From the IMG/VR virus record IMGVR_UViG_3300033752_000251: a stretch of 20,000 bases of DNA. One strand, written 5' to 3'. Position 1 is the first letter of the stretch. Each line of letters starts with the position of its first letter. The notes beneath the pieces are model-generated. The model was not told where the DNA came from and did not search any database. It saw only the letters and a list, made by a program, of their open reading frames with translations. The translations under genes were made by a program, and so were the position numbers. This DNA is from an uncultured virus (IMG/VR IMGVR_UViG_3300033752_000251). Its lineage: Duplodnaviria > Heunggongvirae > Uroviricota > Caudoviricetes. Shown one piece after another: positions 8,448 through 15,585 of the stretch.

Positions 8448-8495
8448 TTCTCTTTACCCCTTTCAAAAGCTTTCAGTATCGACAGGAAGGGGTGC

Positions 8496-8762
8496 TCACC
8501 GTCTGGCGATGTAAATTTTGTTGCGCGCAGCTTCAGCTTGCTGTCTAGCAGCCTCTTCTTTGCGCTCTTTTTCCAATTCCTCTCTCTCCTTTTTGAGACG
8601 TTCAATCCTCACATCTCGGAGAAGGAGAGCTTCCCTATAGGGAAGCTCATGCTTCACCTGATCAAGACTGATTTGTCCCTTGAAGAGTTCAAGGAATTCG
8701 TCGTAAAACTGATAGTACTGTTTTACTCGATTTCTGTATTCATCGCCTGTCGATACCGGTAA
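8496..8762 (-). CDS. -1 frame extension (88 aa) of the tail chaperone, probably reached by programmed ribosomal frameshift
   Basis: Protein-like frame LPVSTGDEYRNRVKQYYQFYDEFLELFKGQISLDQVKHELPYREALLLRDVRIERLKKEREELEKERKEEAARQQAEAARNKIYIARR*. It has no SD-supported start and opens only three codons before the T6 run (CTT TTT TAC) at 8766-8761. Confidence 0.75.
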   Translation of the reverse strand, partial: LPVSTGDEYRNRVKQYYQFYDEFLELFKGQISLDQVKHELPYREALLLRDVRIERLKKEREELEKERKEEAARQQAEAARNKIYIARR

Positions 8763-10354
8763 AAAAGGACAGATTCAATGTCAATCGGAATGGTTTTTTC
8801 GTGATGTGCACAATGCGGACATCTAACATCCATCAGACCGAAATCAAACGAGAGATCACCCATAATAATTTCGGTTTGTTTCGTCAATGCGAGAATGTCA
8901 GTATCCCTCAGATTGTAAATGAGTTTGGTGATATCAAGTGCGTCTTCATATCCAAGCCATTCGCCAGGATTTTCCGGGTCAGGAGTAATAAATTGCTTAA
9001 CTGCCGTACCCAGAACCGCAGCTTGGTTATATTTCTCTTCATTATTTCTGGTAAGTGCTTCAATGGAATTATTGATAAGATCGTATGCGCTTTGGACATG
9101 GAGATCCACATAGAAGCCACTAACAGGTAGGAGAATACGTTTAACCGTATTGAGCGGAGAGCTCTCATGAACTTCCTTAGCGGATTGGGCAGTATGAGAA
9201 CCGTCAACAATGGTCTTAACGAGCTCCATCAGCCTGTCAGACATCTTCTCGGCTCTAATGAGAGAGCGTGGACTGTACGGATGTTCAAAGTTCTTGTCAC
9301 ATTTAGGACATTTGAGAGGATATTTGTCATCATCCGGATATGTTGCAACAAGCACACCGTAAATGAGGGTGTTATAGTCAACAGCAGCAGTATTTTTGAG
9401 GAATGCGTCGAAATCCATTTTACCAATGCTACTATCGACAATCTTGCTGTGCAACAAACTCCATCTGGTCCTAGCATCAATGAGAGCATTTTGGCTGCTG
9501 CTCATGAGGGAAATAAGCTCATAGGTAGAGAGTCCCTTCATCACAGCAGTATAGCCAGATGCCGTAAGAACGATGGGGGTAGTGTGTACGTGCGAAGTGT
9601 AATTGAGAATTTTATCAACCGAATTCTTCTTAGCTTTACGGATTTTCAGGGTTTCAAGTTGTTGTACTTCGACTTCTTTGAGAGTTATGGAGCGAACCTT
9701 TTTAAGTTTCTCACGCTCTTCGTCGGTGAAGTTAATAACTTGACCCATTCCAGATTTATCAATAATGACAATAGCTTTATCATACTTCTCTTGATCAAAT
9801 TCTTCCTCTTCATCGGTTTCATCGTCACTTCTTTTGGGAGTTTGTTTTTCTCCTCTTGCTGCAGCTTCTTCATTGTAACCTGCAGCCAAAGCTTTTTGTC
9901 GTTCTTCTTCAATTTGCTTATCCATTTCCCTCATATAGTTGGCAATACTTTCAGCAGTTTCAGGCATAACACCATAAGGGAGAGCATTTGCAAGGGCTCC
10001 ATGTTGTGCATTTTCTTCTCTATTATTCTCGATGATCAGACCCGAACCCGAAGGGGATTCTGGGGGTTGTGCTTGATCAGCATGAACAACATGGAAACCT
10101 TTTTTGGTATCGACTGCCATAATAAACGAATCGTCTTTGGGGAGAACAACAGAACTCCCTTTTTCATCAACGGGTTTAGAATTAACAGATGAATTTTCTG
10201 CAGAGCTTTCGTTTTCTTGTTCATTAGGCGAAGAGTTAGAGTTGTTTACTGCTTCATTATTCTCTTCTTGTTGCCTTTGAGCTTCTTGCTCCATAGCCTG
10301 TCTTTTAATGTCGCTCAAATTCATTCCATTAGAATTGAGATTTTCGTTGGACAT
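8723..10354 (-). CDS. T4 gp26-like baseplate hub / tail assembly chaperone with long acidic N-terminal extension
   Basis: SD AGAGGT. Two CxxC pairs (CPKC, CPHC) and the terminal IDIESVLFY pattern of gp26-like proteins. Lies next to a gp25-like gene and has a frameshift site near the 3' end. Confidence 0.7.
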   Translation of the reverse strand: MSNENLNSNGMNLSDIKRQAMEQEAQRQQEENNEAVNNSNSSPNEQENESSAENSSVNSKPVDEKGSSVVLPKDDSFIMAVDTKKGFHVVHADQAQPPESPSGSGLIIENNREENAQHGALANALPYGVMPETAESIANYMREMDKQIEEERQKALAAGYNEEAAARGEKQTPKRSDDETDEEEEFDQEKYDKAIVIIDKSGMGQVINFTDEEREKLKKVRSITLKEVEVQQLETLKIRKAKKNSVDKILNYTSHVHTTPIVLTASGYTAVMKGLSTYELISLMSSSQNALIDARTRWSLLHSKIVDSSIGKMDFDAFLKNTAAVDYNTLIYGVLVATYPDDDKYPLKCPKCDKNFEHPYSPRSLIRAEKMSDRLMELVKTIVDGSHTAQSAKEVHESSPLNTVKRILLPVSGFYVDLHVQSAYDLINNSIEALTRNNEEKYNQAAVLGTAVKQFITPDPENPGEWLGYEDALDITKLIYNLRDTDILALTKQTEIIMGDLSFDFGLMDVRCPHCAHHEKTIPIDIESVLFYRYRQAMNTEIE

Positions 10355-10392
10355 GTGGTTCTACCTCTCTTCTTTTATTTTTTTTCAGGGTA

Positions 10393-10818
10393 TTAAACCG
10401 CGGCCGACATTTCTTCGAATTGATATGCGATATTTATATCATTTTGAGTATTTGAAAAACCGATGAGAAGATTTGTTTGATCGTTAGGTAAAACGATTGG
10501 GATAGAAACCAAAAGTAAGTCTAATCCTTTATATGTGGTTACAAAAATCATAACTTCACCAAGAGAAATATATGGCATGAGTTGGGAACACTGGCTGTAT
10601 ATTTGCTGTTTTATTATCTCAGCATCAAACCCATCTTGAATACTATAAAGATACTTGCTTATGTTAATACCCAAATTAGGCTGAGAAGGAATATTACCCG
10701 GCCTCATAAGGAGCAGATTAATTAATTGCTGGGCGATGCTATCTTTCAGGGAGAGCATTTTGGGTTTATGGAAATTATCCAGACCGAATAGCACTTCCCT
10801 CCCTATTCCATTAGCCAC
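10393..10818 (-). CDS. Baseplate wedge / sheath initiator protein (T4 gp25/GPW family)
   Basis: SIAQQLINLLLMRPGNIPSQPNLGINISKYLY matches the gp25 motif (I..LL.T..GE.P..P.FG..I..YL). SD GAGGTGA and GTG start. Confidence 0.8.
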   Translation of the reverse strand: MANGIGREVLFGLDNFHKPKMLSLKDSIAQQLINLLLMRPGNIPSQPNLGINISKYLYSIQDGFDAEIIKQQIYSQCSQLMPYISLGEVMIFVTTYKGLDLLLVSIPIVLPNDQTNLLIGFSNTQNDINIAYQFEEMSAAV

Positions 10819-10850
10819 ACTACATCACCTCGTTTCTTAGATATAGAATT

Positions 10851-10863
10851 TTATTAATATGTC
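10851..10863 (-). promoter_or_regulatory. Variant late promoter GACA-N6-TAA for the baseplate/RNAP operon
   Basis: Minus strand GACA-TATTAA-TAA, about 32 nt upstream of GTG 10818, the same spacing as the AACA sites. Confidence 0.6.
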
Positions 10864-10904
10864 TCCCTAATGAAAAAATATATAAGCGTTTCCTGTATAT
10901 AGAG

Positions 10905-10954
10905 AAAAAAAAAACAAAAAAATATGAGAGGGGTTTATTACCCTCTCATATTTT
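10905..10954 (-). terminator. Intrinsic terminator
   Basis: Stem AAAATATGAGAGGG / CCCTCTCATATTTT with a long T-run on the minus strand, at the end of 10946..11497. Confidence 0.85.
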
Positions 10955-11497
10955 CTTAAGGAACTTCAGGACTAGATTGCTGTCTCTATATAGAGGCTCT
11001 ATTCTTTTATATATAGTGAGCCAGTTGTTGATATTTCCATCTTCATCAACATTTATTATTGCATCTTCATCAAATTCAACATCCAGATTCTTTCTCATCA
11101 TTGCATTAATTTGTCTGAGACGAAATAAGATCATGCCAAATCTTTCTGCTGATGTTTTAAATGTTAGTAGATATAACTTGAAATATGAGCGTGCCTGATT
11201 AATGAAGTCAATGGTCGCATCTCGCTCCAACATCATTTTTTCCAAATCAGATACACTGTAACTTCCACCGATATATAAGTTGAGAGCATTTTTAAATTTA
11301 TCAATATGGTTAAAATTATCCACATAAAATTTATTGAGTTCTTTGAGTTTGTTATGTAATAATTCGTTTCTTTTAGTCTTAGTTTTACCTTCCTTTCCGG
11401 GAATACGAAAATCATTATTGTCGATGATAAGAATTGTAATGCATAAGAAGTTATAGATCTTACCGGCTTCTTTTGTTGTAATATTTCTCGTACTCAT
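10946..11497 (-). CDS. Hypothetical early protein, paralog of 11598..12173
   Basis: SD AGAGGA and early-type TATATAAT at 11541-11534. Shares N- and C-terminal motifs with its neighbour. Confidence 0.8.
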   Translation of the reverse strand: MSTRNITTKEAGKIYNFLCITILIIDNNDFRIPGKEGKTKTKRNELLHNKLKELNKFYVDNFNHIDKFKNALNLYIGGSYSVSDLEKMMLERDATIDFINQARSYFKLYLLTFKTSAERFGMILFRLRQINAMMRKNLDVEFDEDAIINVDEDGNINNWLTIYKRIEPLYRDSNLVLKFLKKI

Positions 11498-11563
11498 ATT
11501 TTTTATTTATCCTCCTATTCGTTATTCAAAATTATTATATATAAATAAAATATATAAATTTCC

Positions 11564-11609
11564 AATAATAAATAAGGAAGAGAAGTACTTCTCTTCCTTA
11601 TTTATTATT
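11564..11609. repeat. Perfect 46-bp palindrome, probably acting as terminator
   Basis: AATAATAAATAAGGAAGAGAAGT|ACTTCTCTTCCTTATTTATTATT with no spacer. It overlaps the stop codon of 11598..12173. Confidence 0.9.
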
Positions 11610-12173
11610 TTGAATATAAGACCATTTCCACTCTTCAGTTATTTTTTCCACTTTTTCAATTTCGCTAAAGATAAAGGTAGCCATTTTGTATAGATCATAC
11701 CACCCATTTTGCCCACTAGAAAATAAATTTCCTTCTATGATAGAAGATATTTCAAAATCTACCTGAACACCGATTTCCTTCATCGATTTATTTATTTCTT
11801 TTAATTGATCAATAAATTGGTCAAGTTTATTTTTTAGTCCTTTAAATCCTTCTAAGATCAATAAGGAATACTGTTTGAAATCGTCTACGAATTCTGATAT
11901 ATCTCTCATATAATTATCATCTACCAATATGACTCTATCATGATAAATTCTATAACCGTCTTCAAAATCTTCTATAAATTGATGACCTATAATATTTAGA
12001 TAGTCCATAATTCTAGAATTATATTTATTTAGCAAAGATTCCCACATAGGAATCAATTCGATATACCTTTCATTAATCCTATTCAGTGTAGAAAAATCAT
12101 TTTCATTTATTAAATCTTTTACCGTTTTAATCAACACATATAACGTATGAGCTTCGGTAGTAGAAAGTCTCAT
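11598..12173 (-). CDS. Hypothetical early protein, paralog of 10946..11497
   Basis: SD GGTGGTGA favours ATG 12173. Early-type TATATTGT at 12221-12214. Confidence 0.8.
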   Translation of the reverse strand: MRLSTTEAHTLYVLIKTVKDLINENDFSTLNRINERYIELIPMWESLLNKYNSRIMDYLNIIGHQFIEDFEDGYRIYHDRVILVDDNYMRDISEFVDDFKQYSLLILEGFKGLKNKLDQFIDQLKEINKSMKEIGVQVDFEISSIIEGNLFSSGQNGWYDLYKMATFIFSEIEKVEKITEEWKWSYIQNNK

Positions 12174-12250
12174 TAACAATCACCACCCAAAGATATATCT
12201 ATTTGTTATTTTAACAATATATAATCAAAAATACACTATTTAAGCAAAGA

Positions 12251-12263
12251 AACAATTAGTTAA
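12251..12263 (+). promoter_or_regulatory. Late promoter AACA-N6-TAA
   Basis: AACA-ATTAGT-TAA 26 nt upstream of ATG 12290. Confidence 0.75.
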
Positions 12264-12289
12264 TACTAACGTAAGAACGGAGGATAGCT

Positions 12290-14542
12290 ATGTTTAAATG
12301 TAAATTATGTGATGAGAAATATAATTCTTACGAATCACTTATCGATCATATTGGCAACGAGCATGAAGATAAAATTCCCAAAAATTTCACTGTCGCACAA
12401 TTCGAATATGCCCTAAGAACTGGAAAAACCGAAGGACGATGTGTAATTGACAAACGTCCTACCGAATGGAATGAAAAAACCGGTAAATACCATCGGTTTT
12501 GTAAAAATCCTAAATGTAAAGAAACATACCGGAATATTTTTAAGAACCGTATGATTGGTAAATATGGTAAGGTTCATCTTCTCAGCGATCCTGATAAACA
12601 ACGAGAAATGCTTTCAAAGAGATCTATTTCCGGTGAATATACTTGGTCTGATGGCAAAAAAATTCCCTATACTGGCTCATATGAATTAGATTTTTTGAAA
12701 TTTCTTGACGTATTTATGGATTTTGACTCCGATGACATAATGTCTCCTTCACCCCATACTTATTATTATGAGTATGAAGGAGAGAAGAAATTCTATATCC
12801 CAGATTTCTTCATTCCGTCTCTTGGCCTCGAAATCGAGATCAAAGACGGTGGAGATAATCCAAACAAACATCATAAAATTCAAAATGTTGACAAGAAGAA
12901 AGAGCAGCTTAAAGATGCTGTGATCATGAGCCAAAATCAGTTCAGCTATATTAAGTTAACTAATAAAAATTATGATCCGTTCTTCGAATTCCTTTATAGA
13001 TTAAAACAGCAGTATAGTGAAATGAATGAAAAAACAGATGGATCTGAACCTAAATTCAAACCTATCTTCATTGTTAAAAATACTTTAACCGATCGTAGAT
13101 CTGCTATTTCTGATGCAGAACCTGTGAACGAGAATATGTTAATTAATCAGGGAAAAAGAGCGGCAAAAGAAATTGTTAATGATTTTATTAGAAATACAAA
13201 TAATGATTTTGTTATGGGTGTTATAAACGGCGGAGAAATTCTCTCCGAATATCAAAGAAAGCAAAAAGAATTTGTGAATAAGTATAAAAATAATAAAGAT
13301 GTTCTTAGACGTTTCGAAACAACTCTACGTGGTGAAAGAGCCTATGCTCTCCAACATTCTAAATCACCATATTCTCAAGAACATGTTATTTTTATTGATA
13401 CAGAATTGATGCCACAAGTTGTCAATCATCAAGAGAATATGGTAGAAGAAAATTATAAAGTCGATGAATCTATTTTCATGGAGAAAACCTTAGAAATGGC
13501 ATTAGAATATAGGACAATTTTATTAGAAAGAATGGACTCAAAAGAAAAGAGACACCCTGTATTCATACTCCTGACATATACCAACACTAATATGGCTAAA
13601 CTGATACGATTCTTCACCGGAGATCCTTATAGTCATGCAAGTATTAGTTTCGATAGTAGTATGAGGGATGTTTATAGCTTTGGGCGTAAATATAAAGATG
13701 ACAAAATGACTTTTATTAACGAAGATATCCGGGATGGTATCTTCAAAGACGTATCAGATCATGCTAATTATTCGCTATATGTTATGTTTGTCAATGACGA
13801 TAAATACAGATTGATGAAAAAGAGGCTCGAAGAATTTAAGAAAAACGCCAACAAACTCAAATTTAGCTTTATCGGTTTATTTAATATCGCTAGAGGTAAG
13901 GAAACCTCAAGGGAAAATGAATATTTTTGTAGTCAATTCGTTGCCGAAATTATTAAAGCCGGAGATCCCAATTTGTTGAAAAAGGATACCAGTTTATATA
14001 CACCATATGATCTGTCTGAAATCGAAGATGTACATTTCGTAACTAGGGGTAAACTTAAGAACTACAATAAAGATCTTGTAGATAAAAAGGTTAAATACAT
14101 CGAAAAATCGATTGAGGCACTAAATTCATATGATCAAGCGGTTAGAGAAAATTTCATCAATAGATATTCTGAAATAAAAAAGGAAATGGAGCAGGAAGTT
14201 TTGAGAAAGTTCAGGAGCATTCCGGCCCTTCCAGCTAGATTTAAAAATGATCCCAACCCTATGGTTTATTTCGGACTGACCGAGAAAGAAAAAGAACTGA
14301 AAGAAATAAACTACTTTATTACCAGACGATATTCATTAAAAGGCGTTAATTTATCTTTAGATGGTCTTATTAAATTCCTTAAAGATAACGACTTGACGGA
14401 TAAAATCAAGTACTATAGCAGAATTCCTGTCAGTAAATTTTATGTGGACGATAGTGTGGAATTTGATGAAAATTATGATATGATTGCGGTCCTTTTACCA
14501 TTTAGATACAAGATTGATGATATTCGTAAAATATCTTATTAA
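12290..14542 (+). CDS. Multidomain late protein: C2H2 Zn finger, TnsA/gp4-like PD-(D/E)xK nuclease, permuted NlpC/P60 (YiiX-like) papain-fold hydrolase
   Basis: CKLC-x12-HIGNEH; YTGSYELDF...FYIPDFFIPSLGLEIEIKDGG; His-before-Cys motifs YSHASISFD and YFCSQFVAEII...TPYDL. SD GGAGG. Confidence 0.8.
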   Translation: MFKCKLCDEKYNSYESLIDHIGNEHEDKIPKNFTVAQFEYALRTGKTEGRCVIDKRPTEWNEKTGKYHRFCKNPKCKETYRNIFKNRMIGKYGKVHLLSDPDKQREMLSKRSISGEYTWSDGKKIPYTGSYELDFLKFLDVFMDFDSDDIMSPSPHTYYYEYEGEKKFYIPDFFIPSLGLEIEIKDGGDNPNKHHKIQNVDKKKEQLKDAVIMSQNQFSYIKLTNKNYDPFFEFLYRLKQQYSEMNEKTDGSEPKFKPIFIVKNTLTDRRSAISDAEPVNENMLINQGKRAAKEIVNDFIRNTNNDFVMGVINGGEILSEYQRKQKEFVNKYKNNKDVLRRFETTLRGERAYALQHSKSPYSQEHVIFIDTELMPQVVNHQENMVEENYKVDESIFMEKTLEMALEYRTILLERMDSKEKRHPVFILLTYTNTNMAKLIRFFTGDPYSHASISFDSSMRDVYSFGRKYKDDKMTFINEDIRDGIFKDVSDHANYSLYVMFVNDDKYRLMKKRLEEFKKNANKLKFSFIGLFNIARGKETSRENEYFCSQFVAEIIKAGDPNLLKKDTSLYTPYDLSEIEDVHFVTRGKLKNYNKDLVDKKVKYIEKSIEALNSYDQAVRENFINRYSEIKKEMEQEVLRKFRSIPALPARFKNDPNPMVYFGLTEKEKELKEINYFITRRYSLKGVNLSLDGLIKFLKDNDLTDKIKYYSRIPVSKFYVDDSVEFDENYDMIAVLLPFRYKIDDIRKISY

Positions 14543-14592
14543 AAAAATAAAGGTGTCGAGGTTTGTACCTTACCTCGACACCTTTATTTTTT
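14542..14592. terminator. Bidirectional terminator
   Basis: 21-bp inverted repeat AAAAAATAAAGGTGTCGAGGT / ACCTCGACACCTTTATTTTTT between convergent genes. Confidence 0.9.
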
Positions 14593-15088
14593 ATACGTGT
14601 TCAAAATCATCGAAGTAGAAATATTTTTTACGAAGGTGGTCTATGCGTTTTTTCAATTCCTCAATGGATTTATTGTGAGTTTCAATTAAATATTTCTTTG
14701 TTTGCTCATCGAAACCCAGAAATTCTCCTTGTACTATTCCCTGATTGATCTCTTCCAAAATGCCTATAGCATCTTTCAGGGAGTCGATAACATCACCGAC
14801 GCCACAATGTTCTGCGGCATATTCGTCAGCGATAAGCTCGTTCGGGTCGACTTCTTCGCTTAATAGATGTTGTTCGAGCGTTTGAAGAATCTCCTGATGG
14901 CTTACGTTATGGATTTTCTCCATCATTTCTTGAGTCGGTACTGGAACATGATTGTTAACGATATGACCCAATTCATGATAAAGGAAAAACCGTTGCATTT
15001 TTTCAGAAAATTGATCAAAGACAGCCGGTACAAAAATCGCTGGTTGCTCGTAGTTATTGATAGACGTATAGCCAGCCATAGGGAACAT
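14591..15088 (-). CDS. Zincin-like metallopeptidase domain (HExxH); true start uncertain
   Basis: FFLYHELGHIV plus downstream ELIADEYAA (M48/ImmA-like arrangement). No SD at normal spacing from ATG 15088, and the frame stays open up to 15151. Confidence 0.75.
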   Translation of the reverse strand: MFPMAGYTSINNYEQPAIFVPAVFDQFSEKMQRFFLYHELGHIVNNHVPVPTQEMMEKIHNVSHQEILQTLEQHLLSEEVDPNELIADEYAAEHCGVGDVIDSLKDAIGILEEINQGIVQGEFLGFDEQTKKYLIETHNKSIEELKKRIDHLRKKYFYFDDFEHV

Positions 15089-15120
15089 AGAGAGATATCT
15101 CGTAGGAAAGCTCCCCCACC

Positions 15121-15435
15121 CTATAAGTACCCCCCATTGGAAACAACGTGTTCATTTGTAACAATATAACCATTAGCCAATCGGAAACCAGCACCATAAG
15201 TAATCAAATATTCAACGTTATCAATTTCTTTTTTAACATAAATTTTTACTGTCTTTGCATAGTTTTCCTTTTCTCTAATTTGCTCCTTGGTAAGTTTAGC
15301 ACGCCAGTCGTTTTTTTTCTTTATGACTTTGACAGATACGACTTTTATTGATGCTGCTTCAGCGACGGCCGCGGTACTGAATGACGAAATTACCGCAACG
15401 GCCAGAATCAAATAAAGAATTTTAAAGATTTTCAT
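15121..15435 (-). pseudogene. Signal-peptide-bearing trypsin-like serine protease, truncated just after the catalytic His
   Basis: SD AAGGGG, Sec-type signal peptide (MKIFK...AVAEA), and GAGFRLANGYIVTNEHVV (GSGF...YIVTNxHVV motif). Stops 8 residues after the His, with no catalytic Asp or GxSGG. Confidence 0.65.
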
Positions 15436-15545
15436 TTATTTCATCCCCTTTAAAATAGTTTTTTATTGTATATCAATGATATAATAAATAAAATCAAGGA
15501 TTTAATTTACGAGTGAATGAATGTAGAGGCAAATATTTTCTATGA

Positions 15546-15558
15546 AACAAATAAATAA
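15546..15558 (+). promoter_or_regulatory. Late promoter AACA-N6-TAA
   Basis: AACA-AATAAA-TAA 27 nt upstream of ATG 15586. Confidence 0.75.
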
Positions 15559-15585
15559 GTAAGTAAAAACGAGGAGTGACTCTAA

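Noticed and set aside
8381..8605. 74-aa minus-strand ORF from the track (MNVSKRRERNW...)
   Set aside because: It overlaps the more protein-like -1 extension frame and the 8148..8447 gene; most likely a shadow frame.
9167..10192. 341-aa plus-strand ORF
   Set aside because: Antisense mirror of the chaperone gene, with no SD or motifs; explained by codon bias.
12290..13030. TnsA-like domain as evidence of a Tn7 transposon
   Set aside because: No TnsB/TnsC genes or terminal repeats; late-promoter context fits a phage head-completion-type nuclease.
14900..15123. TAG readthrough or genome-wide stop-codon recoding to complete the serine protease
   Set aside because: Readthrough gives GGGAFLRDISLCSLW... 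with no GxSGG motif, and the other genes translate intact in the standard code.
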